From contig CAVWHX010000004.1 of NCBI GenBank assembly GCA_963754925.1, forward strand, positions 672,001 to 736,000: a stretch of DNA of 64,000 nt, in the 5' to 3' direction. This DNA comes from an uncultured delta proteobacterium. Lineage in GTDB: Bacteria > Myxococcota > B64-G9. The position numbers and the translations under genes were made by a program. Numbering within the stretch: position 1 is the stretch's first letter; each line of letters begins with the position of its first letter. The notes beneath the pieces are model-generated. The model saw only the letters and a list, made by a program, of their open reading frames with translations. It was not told the DNA's origin and searched no databases. Shown here one piece after another: positions 50,869 through 61,527 of the stretch.

Positions 50869-52752
50869 ATGGAAGCAGATACCGCGACAAACGAAGTCAA
50901 AGGATCAGTTCAGATCCCGAAGGCACCGGGAATCCTGCGGCGGCTGTTTTCCTTTGCCGGGCCTGCCTACCTTATCTCCGTCGGTTACATGGACCCCGGC
51001 AATTGGGCCACCGATCTCGCAGCCGGCGCGCGGTACGGCTATGCCCTCCTCTGGGTGCTGGTCATGTCCAACCTCCTGGCTATATGGCTCCAATACCTTT
51101 CGGCCCGTCTGGGGCTGGTATCGGGAAGGGACTTGGCCCAGGCCTGCCGTGATCGCTACCCGGCAGCGATAAACGTTCCGGTATGGATCTTGTGTGAGTT
51201 TGCAATTGTGGCTTGCGATTTGGCCGAGGTCATCGGGGCGGCCATCGGCATCAAGCTCCTGTTTGGCATTCCTCTAGTCTACGGCGTGGTGATTACCGCG
51301 CTCGACACGTTCATAATCCTTTTTTTACACCGGGCAGGAATCCGCACCATGGAAGCTTTTATCGTGGTGTTGGTAGCGACTATTGCCGCTTGCTTCGCGG
51401 TGGAAATCTTCATCTCGCAGCCGAATGCGACGGAAGTCGTGGCCGGCTTTCTGCCGAGGCTACCCGACGATCAGGCGCTCTACTTTGCAATTGGCATCCT
51501 CGGCGCCACGGTCATGCCCCACAATCTCTATCTACACTCTTCGCTGGTGCAGTCGCGGCGCGTTGAAAAAACCGCCCAGGGCATCCATCTATCATTGCGC
51601 TACAACCTGATCAACTCGGTCGTGGCCTTGAACATCGCTTTTTTCATCAATGCCGCTATTTTAATTCTGGCCGGAGCAACCTTCTTTAAAGTCGGCGAAC
51701 ACGCGGTGGCCGGGATTGAAGAGGCCTACCACCTGCTCGAACCAATTGTCGGCTCCGCGCTTGCCCCAAGCCTCTTTGCCGTGGCCTTGATCGCCGCAGG
51801 TCAAAGCTCCACCATAACCGGCACGCTGGCCGGCCAAATCGTTATGGAAGGCTTTGTTAACCTGCGCCTGCAACCGTGGCTACGCCGCCTGGTCACCCGG
51901 GCCATGGCGATTGTTCCGGCGGTGATAACTATCGTCGTATTCGGCGAGGGTGCCCTGGGCGAACTATTAATCCTCAGTCAGGTTGTCCTCAGCTTGCAGT
52001 TGTCTTTCGCCGTCATCCCCTTGATACAAATGGTTTCGGATCGGAGCCGCATGGGCGCCTTTGCCATCCGTCCCTGGATGAAGCTACTCTCGTGGGTCGC
52101 GGCCGGGATCATTCTCGGTCTCAACGGCAAGCTCGTGATCGATACCATTGTGCAGTGGATTGTGTTACCCGGTCTTTCGAGAACCCTCAGCATGACACTG
52201 CTGGCGCCGCTCTCGATTGGCGCTCTCCTGTTGTTGCTCTATCTCATCCTCGAGCCGTTCTGGGAACGGCGTCGATTCCTTCGACCAAAGAGCGTTCATG
52301 AACATTCCGAACCCGACACGATCGAACCGACGCGGCCGTTTAAAAAAATAGCCGCCGCCCTGGATTTCGGCGAGACCGATCGGGAGGTCCTTTCACAAGC
52401 CGCGTCCTTAGCTTTCGCAGCGCATTGCCCCCTGGTGCTATTTCATGTGGTCGAGAGCGCCGGAGCGCGAACGCTTGGTGAGGAAGCTGCGGATGCCGAA
52501 AGCGTCGCGGATCGAGATCGATTGCAACGGTATGCCGTAGCGCTCGGAAAATACGACGTGCCCGTCGAGTACGATCTCGGCTTCGGCGATCCGGTGCGTG
52601 CCTTGACGGAGTTGATTGCGCGCCATCAGGCCGAGCTACTCGTGGTCGGCGCCCACGGCCACCGGGGTATCTCCGATTGGCTGCACGGCTCGACCATCGA
52701 CGAGCTGCGCCACCGCCTCAACATTTCGGTATTGGTTGTGGGGAAAACGTAA
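50869..52752 (+). CDS. mntH: Nramp divalent metal transporter with C-terminal USP domain
   Basis: YMDPGNWATD, MPHNLYLHS; USP tail LLVVGAHGHRG. Confidence 0.93.
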   Translation: MEADTATNEVKGSVQIPKAPGILRRLFSFAGPAYLISVGYMDPGNWATDLAAGARYGYALLWVLVMSNLLAIWLQYLSARLGLVSGRDLAQACRDRYPAAINVPVWILCEFAIVACDLAEVIGAAIGIKLLFGIPLVYGVVITALDTFIILFLHRAGIRTMEAFIVVLVATIAACFAVEIFISQPNATEVVAGFLPRLPDDQALYFAIGILGATVMPHNLYLHSSLVQSRRVEKTAQGIHLSLRYNLINSVVALNIAFFINAAILILAGATFFKVGEHAVAGIEEAYHLLEPIVGSALAPSLFAVALIAAGQSSTITGTLAGQIVMEGFVNLRLQPWLRRLVTRAMAIVPAVITIVVFGEGALGELLILSQVVLSLQLSFAVIPLIQMVSDRSRMGAFAIRPWMKLLSWVAAGIILGLNGKLVIDTIVQWIVLPGLSRTLSMTLLAPLSIGALLLLLYLILEPFWERRRFLRPKSVHEHSEPDTIEPTRPFKKIAAALDFGETDREVLSQAASLAFAAHCPLVLFHVVESAGARTLGEEAADAESVADRDRLQRYAVALGKYDVPVEYDLGFGDPVRALTELIARHQAELLVVGAHGHRGISDWLHGSTIDELRHRLNISVLVVGKT

Positions 52753-53078
52753 TTTCTACATCGCCATACCCTATTCAGTCCTCAGTAATTATTTTCCAGT
52801 ATAGCTGAAAACTCTTCACTTATAACTATATGTTATTTCACAGTATTACTAATTTTGTTGTAAAAGTGAAACCAAAATGCTTCATTAATCAGAAAAATCC
52901 AACCGGATAATTAAAAATTATGCTTTAATTTCTGAGTGTTACGTAACGTGAAATAATTGCCATCTTGGCCTTGATTTTGCACAATATTTTTAATTGGAGC
53001 TGTTTATGTAAGATTTGCCATCTTTCTTGCGTATGCGATCCAGAATGTCCGGATGTCATACCACGCAGGGAGCCTCAC

Positions 53079-55658
53079 ATGGACAAAGCCCGCAGGCAAC
53101 ACTTTGTGACCCTCCCCCAGGGAATGCTGGTAGGACTGATTCTGTTTAACTTCGCTTGTATGAGCGGCCAAGTAAGCTCCGGCCCTAGCTCCGGCTCCAC
53201 GTGCTCGGTGTCTACTCCGTCGGCCTGTGCGGCCTGTGCCCAGGGGGCGGTGGCAGCGGGCTGTCTCTGCGGCGGCGCGTACGAGAGTACCGGCTACTGC
53301 TGCGCGGGCGCCTGGCAAGCCGACGCGTGCGGGACGATCTGCACGGCCGAGTTGGACACCGCCTTCTGTACGCGGCTTGGAAAGAACTGCGGTACGGTCA
53401 CGGCAGCGGACAACTGTGGCACGAGCCGGACGGTGACGAGTTGCGGCATGACTTGCCTCAACGACCAGACCTGTGGCGGTGGCGGGACCCCCAACGTTTG
53501 CGGTTCGCCCGGTTCGGGCTTTTTTATTTTTGCGCCGTTGCAACTGGACCACACTTCGGTCCAGGCAGGCCAGACGCTCACAGGCTCGGTCACCTATAAG
53601 AACACTTCCGGCGCTGCCATTGCGATTGACAACATCGTCATCGGCTGCCGGCCGCCGGGGGCGGCACACCTAGGGGGTCCTTATGATGACCTGTCGCCCG
53701 CCAACGGAAGTGCGACGGTGCAACCAGGGGCGACGATTACGCTTACGGCATCGCGCGTGTTCACGAGCGCAGATCCGAGCGGACAATGGTATTGTTTCCC
53801 GACCTACCAGGACTCAAGCGGGGCCTGGCACGACGGCTCGAACGTGGATTTCACCGTGGGTGGCTGCGCGCCGGCTGCGTGTCCTCAAGGCGCAAACTGC
53901 GGCACGATTTCGGATGGCTGCGGCGGAACATTATATTGCGGTAGCGCCTGTCCAACCGGTCAAACCTGCGGAGGCGCCGGCACAGCAAACGTCTGTGGTT
54001 GCGCGGCGGCCACACCAACGTTCTCACCGGCCGCCGGCGCGGTCGTTGACGGAACCACTGTGTCTTGGTCTACAACCACGCCTAGCGCTACCCTGTACTA
54101 TTGCACGGGAGCCGGCTGTACGCCGGCAACGCAAGGTTCTTCGCTCGTTGCTCACCCTGCGGTCACCATTTGCGCTCAGGCGAAGGCAGGCGGCTGCACC
54201 GATTCGAGCATTACGTGTGCGGCATACACGTTGCAGGTCACTTGTTCGCCCGGCACGCCCTCAGCGTGTTCGGTCTGCAGCGAGGGAGCGGTAACCACCG
54301 CGTGTAGCTGCGGCGGCGCGTATGAGAATACCGGCTACTGCTGCGCGGGCGCCTGGCAAGCCGACGCGTGCGGCAACACCTGCACGGCCGAATCGGACAC
54401 TGCTTTCTGTACGCGGCTCGGCAAGAACTGCGGCACGGTCACGGCGGCGGACAACTGCGGCACGAGCCGGACGGTAGCAAGCTGCGGGACGTGCAGCTTA
54501 CCGCAAACCTGCGGCTTTAGCCTGCCTAACGTGTGCGGTGACAACTCAGGCACGGCGACGCGCCCGAGCTACAACACCGGGATTGGTTTCTTCACGCTCA
54601 ACGCCAGACTCTACGATGCGAACGGAGTCGAGTTCATCCCGATGGGCATGGACGCGGCCCACTACGATCAAGCGTGGACTGCCTGCACACCCAATAGCGC
54701 CTGCACCGCGGCCGGCAAGCCTTCGTCATGCTGCACGGGGCCGGGAACAGGGACCTGCAACTGCGGTATCTTCAACTCTGGCGCGAATGCGATGCGGGTG
54801 TTCCAGTACGAAATGCCAGGTAGTACAAGCTGGATGACGACGCTGACGAGCTCGAAGATCGTCAGCATTCCTACGTGCGGCTTCTGCGGTACCAGCGTCC
54901 GCACTACCAATACCGATGACAGCGGCGTGAGCAGCGACTCGGGAACGGTAGGGCAATCGTGTACGCTGACGACGGTAGTCAATCAATGGATCAGTATGGC
55001 CTCGACCCTTAACACCGCGACATTCGCGCCTTACTCGATGATCAACATCGCCAACGAGTGGGGACGCGGTAACACCACGACGTGGCGCGATTCGTACGTT
55101 ACTGCGGTCAAGAGTCTGCGCTCCAACGGGTTCACCCAGACGCTCGTCATCGACGCCGGGGGCAGCGGCACGAGCTTGAGCAGCATCACCAACTATGCAC
55201 AGTACATTTACGACCAGGACCCGCAGCACAACATCCTGTTTTCCTACCACATGTATGGCGCCACACCAACCTCCATGGTTACGACGATGCAGGCCTTGGC
55301 GGCAGCGCAGACCGCGACGGCAGGCGCCTACGGCGGTTTTCCTGTAGCGATCCTGGAGTTCGGCCCTGGAAACGGAGCTGACGGAGCCACCTGTACTCCG
55401 CTCAGTGTGATTCAGGAAGCGGACAGTCTTGGGTTGGGATGGGCCGCATGGGCCTGGGACGACGGAGGCCCCTTCAACATCACGGCGACCGTGGGGTCCG
55501 GAAACTTCTCGTTAACGAACGGTGTCCCGACCAACTGCACGGCTGGCTCGCCATGCACCAGCGCTTCAGACCTGTCTACTTATGGGAACGAAGTGATCCT
55601 GAGTCCCACTTATGGCCTCTTCTACGCGCAGCCGCCGAAGGCGACCGTCTTCCCCTAG
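53079..55658 (+). CDS. Cys-rich multidomain lipoprotein with C-terminal GH5 (mannanase-like) domain
   Basis: FAC lipobox-like; Cys-rich repeats; ATPTFSP...TLYY module; LYDANGVEF, INIANEWG, SYHMYG, ILEFG, WAAWAW. Confidence 0.8.
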   Translation: MDKARRQHFVTLPQGMLVGLILFNFACMSGQVSSGPSSGSTCSVSTPSACAACAQGAVAAGCLCGGAYESTGYCCAGAWQADACGTICTAELDTAFCTRLGKNCGTVTAADNCGTSRTVTSCGMTCLNDQTCGGGGTPNVCGSPGSGFFIFAPLQLDHTSVQAGQTLTGSVTYKNTSGAAIAIDNIVIGCRPPGAAHLGGPYDDLSPANGSATVQPGATITLTASRVFTSADPSGQWYCFPTYQDSSGAWHDGSNVDFTVGGCAPAACPQGANCGTISDGCGGTLYCGSACPTGQTCGGAGTANVCGCAAATPTFSPAAGAVVDGTTVSWSTTTPSATLYYCTGAGCTPATQGSSLVAHPAVTICAQAKAGGCTDSSITCAAYTLQVTCSPGTPSACSVCSEGAVTTACSCGGAYENTGYCCAGAWQADACGNTCTAESDTAFCTRLGKNCGTVTAADNCGTSRTVASCGTCSLPQTCGFSLPNVCGDNSGTATRPSYNTGIGFFTLNARLYDANGVEFIPMGMDAAHYDQAWTACTPNSACTAAGKPSSCCTGPGTGTCNCGIFNSGANAMRVFQYEMPGSTSWMTTLTSSKIVSIPTCGFCGTSVRTTNTDDSGVSSDSGTVGQSCTLTTVVNQWISMASTLNTATFAPYSMINIANEWGRGNTTTWRDSYVTAVKSLRSNGFTQTLVIDAGGSGTSLSSITNYAQYIYDQDPQHNILFSYHMYGATPTSMVTTMQALAAAQTATAGAYGGFPVAILEFGPGNGADGATCTPLSVIQEADSLGLGWAAWAWDDGGPFNITATVGSGNFSLTNGVPTNCTAGSPCTSASDLSTYGNEVILSPTYGLFYAQPPKATVFP
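53267..54475 (+). repeat. Intragenic direct repeat (~170 bp near-identical, offset 1041 bp)
   Basis: CTGCGGCGGCGCGTA...GGCACGAGCCGGACGGT at 53267 and 54308. Confidence 0.9.
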
Positions 55659-55878
55659 GTAAGATGAATTTTTTCCCCCCCGGTTTCACCAACATTCCTG
55701 AAAATGAATCTTGACAATAACTACGAATAAAGACTTTAGTAAAAACATTGATAGTGGTTTTTGTCGCTATGTTTGTTTTTAATTCAATCGGCTGGAACGT
55801 GAATTCAGCGTACGTCTGAGTTCTAACCCCAGTCATACAAACAATCGATGGGAATTAGAGAAGAAAGGAAACCAAGAG

Positions 55879-57264
55879 ATGACAAAAGTAAATAGTAAAT
55901 TAATAGCGGTGCTAAACAGTATGACCGTTCTTTTGGCAATTTTTTTATTGTTAGGAACTTATGGATGTTCAGGTAGCTCAACAAATAATACGCCTATTGT
56001 TTTTGTTCATGGTTATGCGGGTTCGGCAGATCAGTTCGAGTCACAGGCACTGCGTTTTGCAAGTAATGGTTTCCCCGCAAATTATATGAGCGGTTATGAA
56101 TACGACACTACTTCGGTTACTGGTAATCTAACCACAGGATTCGTAATCCCCCCTGCAATCATATCGGGGCTCGATGCTTATATCGACTCTGTTCTTAAGC
56201 AAACTGGCGCCCACCAGGTTGATCTTTTAGGTCATTCACTGGGCACCGCGGTTTGTCAGGCATATCTCGCTGATTCGACATATGCCGCGAAAGTCGCCCA
56301 CTATGTGAATATTGACGGACAGCAAAGCACAACCCCTCCCGGCGGCGTACCCACTCTGGCTCTATGGGCAGCGCTTTCCGTTCCCGGCACGGTTCGTTCG
56401 ATCGGCGGAGCGACAAATATTACCTTGGCCGATACCACGCATGTTCAGGCGGCAACAAGTGTTGAGTCTTTTGTCGCCATATATAAATTTTTCCAAAATG
56501 ATACGGCGCCTTCTACCACAGATATTTTATCCGGAAAGTCCAATACTATTGAACTAGGAGGCAGAGTAATAACATTCGAGACCAACGCTGTTCCGGCTGG
56601 CTTGAAATTGGATATTTATGAGGTAAATAAAGATACCGGTGTAAGAATTAACAGCACTACTCCGGATTATTCAACATTGATAAATCAAGCCGATGGAAAT
56701 TTTATATTCCCAAATGCAACTGCCGGAACAAACTACGAATTTCATTTAACTTCACCCACGGATACCACGGTTTCCGGTCACTATTACTATGAGCCTTTTA
56801 TTAGAAGCGACTACTTGATTCGTTTAAAATACATCGCGCCCAACCTCCTGGGTTTCATTATTGATCAAAGTGCTAGCCACTCCGACGTTATTGTTATCAG
56901 AAACAAGGAATTCCTTGGCATAAACAGTATGTCTCCCAACGAGGATAGCCTTAAACTCAACGGCACCGAGTTGTGTGCCGGTGTGTTGACAGCAACCGGA
57001 GTTCTCGGTACACCAATAGCACTCTTTATTTTTGACAAAGGATCGGATGGGGTAAGCGATCTTTCTGGGCCTATAAATTCTGGAATTGTGTCAACCCTAC
57101 CCTTTGTAGCCGGGCTGGACTTCTATATGCCCGCCGCCAATCCGCCGGATAGTCCGATCCCTATTGTTCTTAACGGTCGTAATTCAGTAATAACACAAAC
57201 GGTCAACGTCCCCAACTGGCCATCAACGGTAGATATTATCACGGTTCAGTTGATGGACTATTAA
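55879..57264 (+). CDS. Alpha/beta-hydrolase lipoprotein resembling Archaeoglobus-type lipase
   Basis: YGC lipobox; PIVFVHGYAGSADQFESQALRFASNG; GHSLG; NIDG; THVQ. Confidence 0.85.
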   Translation: MTKVNSKLIAVLNSMTVLLAIFLLLGTYGCSGSSTNNTPIVFVHGYAGSADQFESQALRFASNGFPANYMSGYEYDTTSVTGNLTTGFVIPPAIISGLDAYIDSVLKQTGAHQVDLLGHSLGTAVCQAYLADSTYAAKVAHYVNIDGQQSTTPPGGVPTLALWAALSVPGTVRSIGGATNITLADTTHVQAATSVESFVAIYKFFQNDTAPSTTDILSGKSNTIELGGRVITFETNAVPAGLKLDIYEVNKDTGVRINSTTPDYSTLINQADGNFIFPNATAGTNYEFHLTSPTDTTVSGHYYYEPFIRSDYLIRLKYIAPNLLGFIIDQSASHSDVIVIRNKEFLGINSMSPNEDSLKLNGTELCAGVLTATGVLGTPIALFIFDKGSDGVSDLSGPINSGIVSTLPFVAGLDFYMPAANPPDSPIPIVLNGRNSVITQTVNVPNWPSTVDIITVQLMDY

Positions 57265-57370
57265 CCTGCCATCCGTAATCCCATCTCCCCGATACTGCGC
57301 ACTCGATTTATTGACCGGGTTGAACTTCGCGCTTTTTGAAAAGAAAGAGCCTTAAGTTACACTAGTTAGG

Positions 57371-59962
57371 ATGATGCAGTTACCGATTGATACTGTTCTT
57401 CCTGATCTCAAACGGGCTCTTCACAAAGGTCCCCATGCGGTGTTGCAGGCTCCTCCGGGGGCCGGTAAAACCACGGGTGTTCCCCTCGCGCTTCTTAATG
57501 AAGAATGGCTAGCCGGTCAACGTATCATCATGCTGGAACCGAGGCGATTGGCGGCACGCCGCGCCGCCCAGCGCATGGCGGATGTGCTTAACGAAGCCGT
57601 CGGTCAAACGGTGGGTTATCGAATTCGCTTTGATAGCCAGGTCGGTTCGCAAACCCGTATCGAGGTGGTCACCGAGGGCATTCTCACCCGCAGAATACAA
57701 AACGACCCGGCTTTGACCGGCGTGGGTCTGGTCGTCTTTGACGAGTTTCACGAACGCAGCATTCACGCCGATCTCGGCCTGGCGTTGTGTTTGGACACCC
57801 AGGAAGTGCTGCGCCCCGACCTGAGAATTTTGGTGATGTCCGCAACCCTACAGAGCGAGCTGGTCGCTGCCCTGTTGAACGAAGCGCCAATAATTACCGG
57901 ACAAGGACAAACGTTTCCGGTCGAAACCAGGTACCTGCCACCGCCATCACCAAAACCAGGCAATGTGTTTTTTTCGATTATCGAACGAAACAGCATAGGC
58001 GCGATCCGTAGGGCTTTGGTCGAAGAACAAGGCAGCATCCTTGTGTTTCTCCCCGGAGAACGTGAGATTCGGCAGGTCGAGCGTTTGCTCAATCAGGCCG
58101 GTCTCGGGCGGGACGTCATAGTAGCACCGCTTTTCGGACGGCTTTCCCGAGAAGCCCAGGACATGGCGATTTTGCCCGCACCGGCAGGTTCGCGCAAGGT
58201 GGTGCTGGCCACTTCTATTGCTGAAACCTCCCTCACCATCGAGGGCGTGAATGTGGTTATTGACTGCGGCTTTTCGCGCGTTGCGCGCTTTGACCCCAAA
58301 AGCGGCATGACCCGTTTGGAGACGGTGCGGGTCTCCCGCGCCTCGGCCGATCAGCGCCGGGGTCGCGCGGGAAGAACCGCGCCGGGATTATGCTACCGCC
58401 TCTGGAGCTCAGAAAGCGAGACCAGCCTTTTGCCGTATAACGAACCGGAGATCCGCAACGCCGACCTGGCGTCTTTGGCACTAGAATTGGCGCTGTGGGG
58501 AGTCAGCGATCCGGGGACTTTGAAATGGCTGGATACTCCGCCGCGTGCCGCCTTCGCCCAGGCACGTTCATTATTGGCCGATCTCCATGCCCTGGATACC
58601 CACAACAAGATTACGCCATTGGGCCGGCGGATGGCGTCGTTCGGTCTTCATCCGAGGCTTACGCATATGTTGATAAGGGCCTGCGCGATAGGGCATGGTC
58701 GGCTGGCTTGTCGGGTAGCCGCCCTGCTGAGTGAACGCGATATCATGCGGCAGCCGGAAGGAGTAAAAAGCGCCGATCTGCGCGTGCGAATCGAAGCACT
58801 GCAGGCAACCGGTACTAAAAACAGAGCATTCGCGGATAGCAACGTGGATCGGAGTGCGGCCCGACGCATCATCGAGCTAGCCGAGCGCTTCGAAAAACAA
58901 CTCGAGCTTTATAAACCACCTTCAAAATCCCCTGCTCATGATAAAACAGTCCGGTTGACAGAGAAGGCTCGTGACGATTATTCGAATGAGCCGGTTGGAA
59001 TCTTACTGGCTTTTGCCTACCCGGACCGCATCGCACAGCGCAGGCCCAAAGAATACGATAGATACGTGCTTTCCGGCGGCCGCGGGGCCCGGCTTTCCGC
59101 GGCCGACCCGCTTACCCGAGAGGAATATCTGGTGGTGGCCGAGCTCGACGGTGATCCCCAGGAGGCGCAGATATTTTTGGCCGCGCCTGTCGACCACGAA
59201 GATCTCGTAACCCATTGTGCCGAACAGATCAGCATCGAAGATTTTTGCGGTTGGGATGATGAAGCCCAGGCCGTGGTTTCCTGGTCTAGGCATCTCTTGG
59301 GTCGCTTGATCGTGCGCGAGCACCAACAAACGAACCCAAGCAACGACATACGGTTACCTGCACTCCTGGAAGGAATCAGAAAAACGGGTCTGGGCCATTT
59401 ACCCTGGAACAAAAAATCACTCGCGCTACGATCACGAATCGCCTTTATCGGCCGGGTAACGCCCAAACCGCATAGCTGGCCGGAGGTGTCCGATTCTGCG
59501 CTGCTCGGCAATCTCGAATGCTGGCTCGCGCCATTTCTTGGCGGCATCACGCGACTTAAAGAGCTTCAGAAAATCGATCTGGTCGGCGCTCTTTTCTCGC
59601 TGCTTTCTCCAGACCAACAACGTAAGCTCAACAGGCTTGCTCCCACCCATCTCCTGGTGCCGAGCGGATCGCGCGTTCCCTTAGACTATGGGAGTGGCGA
59701 TACCCCCGTATTATCGGTACGACTTCAGGAGATGTTTGGCTGCAGCACAACTCCAACGATCGCAGGTCAAACACCAGTCATCGTGCATCTTCTCTCACCC
59801 GCCGGCCATCCCATTCAGGTTACGAGCGACCTAGCGAATTTCTGGGCCACTACCTACCATGGGGTAAAAAAAGAGCTTTGCGGCCGCTACCCCAGGCATT
59901 TTTGGCCTGATAACCCATTGGCAGCTACTCCCACGAAACGGGCCAAACCGAGAAAGAAATAG
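57371..59962 (+). CDS. hrpB: ATP-dependent RNA helicase HrpB
   Basis: APPGAGKTT, DEFHER, SAT, QRRGRAGR, ELCGRYPRHFWP. Confidence 0.96.
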   Translation: MMQLPIDTVLPDLKRALHKGPHAVLQAPPGAGKTTGVPLALLNEEWLAGQRIIMLEPRRLAARRAAQRMADVLNEAVGQTVGYRIRFDSQVGSQTRIEVVTEGILTRRIQNDPALTGVGLVVFDEFHERSIHADLGLALCLDTQEVLRPDLRILVMSATLQSELVAALLNEAPIITGQGQTFPVETRYLPPPSPKPGNVFFSIIERNSIGAIRRALVEEQGSILVFLPGEREIRQVERLLNQAGLGRDVIVAPLFGRLSREAQDMAILPAPAGSRKVVLATSIAETSLTIEGVNVVIDCGFSRVARFDPKSGMTRLETVRVSRASADQRRGRAGRTAPGLCYRLWSSESETSLLPYNEPEIRNADLASLALELALWGVSDPGTLKWLDTPPRAAFAQARSLLADLHALDTHNKITPLGRRMASFGLHPRLTHMLIRACAIGHGRLACRVAALLSERDIMRQPEGVKSADLRVRIEALQATGTKNRAFADSNVDRSAARRIIELAERFEKQLELYKPPSKSPAHDKTVRLTEKARDDYSNEPVGILLAFAYPDRIAQRRPKEYDRYVLSGGRGARLSAADPLTREEYLVVAELDGDPQEAQIFLAAPVDHEDLVTHCAEQISIEDFCGWDDEAQAVVSWSRHLLGRLIVREHQQTNPSNDIRLPALLEGIRKTGLGHLPWNKKSLALRSRIAFIGRVTPKPHSWPEVSDSALLGNLECWLAPFLGGITRLKELQKIDLVGALFSLLSPDQQRKLNRLAPTHLLVPSGSRVPLDYGSGDTPVLSVRLQEMFGCSTTPTIAGQTPVIVHLLSPAGHPIQVTSDLANFWATTYHGVKKELCGRYPRHFWPDNPLAATPTKRAKPRKK

Positions 59963-59988
59963 CCGGTGGTGGGAAAACCTAATAATAC

Positions 59989-61527
59989 TTATTGAACCTC
60001 GACCGGCACCTCGGGAATCGAATCAAGCTCAAGGAATTCTTTTGTCAATGTCTTCATGGCCTCGGGAGACGTCGCCACCAAAATAAAGAAGTAGCCGCGC
60101 TTGGCGCGGGGGACGGTCAGCAACACCGCTTTTTTTCCGGCGATGATATTTTTTGCCTGCCATAAACCCGCCTGAAGATCGGGGTGTCCTTTGAATTGCA
60201 CCGGGAGGCTGTCGAGTTGGCCGGAATTGAGAACCAGCAACACGCTGCGACCCGGATACGTATCAAGCTTCTTGGAGAAGTTGAATTTTTTCGATGGAGG
60301 AAACTTCCAGATCGTCCAGCGCATCATCTGGGACTTAACGGGATCGAGGGTAGCTTCCTCGGCAATCACCATCGAACCGAACATGAAATCGCGGGGTCGC
60401 GGCGGAAAGATCTCGAAGGCAATATCCGCGACCTGCGTGGCGTAATCCATGTCAAACTTGCCAGAGCCGTCGAGCGCAGCCTGTATCACCCGCGTTAGTC
60501 TCAGAGCGAGCTTCTTCTGTTGGTCACCATGCGGCCAATTGAGAACCTCGCGCTGTCCGGAAACATTCAGCCTCTCGACCAGCTCCATGCCCAACGCATC
60601 GAGCAGACCCTCCACCAACCAAAAGGCCTCCGGATTCACGCCGTTTTTCTCCACAAACCGCGCGGTAAAGAGCTGCTTTTGCACAGCCGGAAGGCGCGAA
60701 AGCATTCGCCGAGCAATCTCTCGCACCACCATGGCGACCACGGCTGGACCCGGTACCGTACCTTCCGGTAGCGCCAACACTATCCGGTCACCCACCGAGA
60801 ATGTCTCAATCGGCGCGCCGGCGGGGGTCCATACCAGGGAGAGGGAGAACTCTGCTTTGGTAAGATCCACCCCCAGCCACGTTCTCAAATTCGAAAGCAA
60901 TCGCGGGACCTCGCCTTTGTTGAGAGCCTTGGTGAGCAGGTCGATCTCGCTCTGGTAACCTTTGCGGCCGGCGGCGAGCTCACCCAGCGGCAGCATCAGT
61001 TTAGAGATCAGGGCAGAAACCGTCTCGGCGTCGCCCGGTTCAAGCATCCCGGTGAGCGAAACGATAAGCTCATCTGGGTTATTGGTGTTCATCACCGTAC
61101 CCCAGAACTGCTCCACGACATTTTGCGACCCCGCCGGAAACAGACCCTCCTTGCCGAGCGGCGCATCAAAGGTCGCGTCCGGTTTGGTTTTTGTAACCTT
61201 CTCTTCGATTTTCTGCCTTGTCTGGGCAAAGCGTTTCAGCAACTCGTTGGTGGTTTCATCCAGGCCGAACTTTTCCTCGAAGCCCGTATATACTTGTCGG
61301 GACATCCCCGATCGCCAGAGGCTCAGTTGCTCGGCGAGGTGCAATCCGTCGGCCATTCGGGAATAAGCCACCTGCAGAGGAATAGCCGGGCCGGCCATTG
61401 TCGAGGCGCCACGGGTCACGGTCCCTTTTCTCTCACCAAGGGCGACGGAAGAGTGACCGGCGCCAAAAAGCCCGATCGCAAGAAGCCCGCGTGCGATCCA
61501 CCGCAATGCCTGCCGTGCATCCATCAT
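59989..61527 (-). CDS. Secreted hypothetical protein
   Basis: Long ORF; signal-like N-terminus from MMDARQ; ATGA overlap with the upstream gene. Confidence 0.7.
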   Translation of the reverse strand: MMDARQALRWIARGLLAIGLFGAGHSSVALGERKGTVTRGASTMAGPAIPLQVAYSRMADGLHLAEQLSLWRSGMSRQVYTGFEEKFGLDETTNELLKRFAQTRQKIEEKVTKTKPDATFDAPLGKEGLFPAGSQNVVEQFWGTVMNTNNPDELIVSLTGMLEPGDAETVSALISKLMLPLGELAAGRKGYQSEIDLLTKALNKGEVPRLLSNLRTWLGVDLTKAEFSLSLVWTPAGAPIETFSVGDRIVLALPEGTVPGPAVVAMVVREIARRMLSRLPAVQKQLFTARFVEKNGVNPEAFWLVEGLLDALGMELVERLNVSGQREVLNWPHGDQQKKLALRLTRVIQAALDGSGKFDMDYATQVADIAFEIFPPRPRDFMFGSMVIAEEATLDPVKSQMMRWTIWKFPPSKKFNFSKKLDTYPGRSVLLVLNSGQLDSLPVQFKGHPDLQAGLWQAKNIIAGKKAVLLTVPRAKRGYFFILVATSPEAMKTLTKEFLELDSIPEVPVEVQ

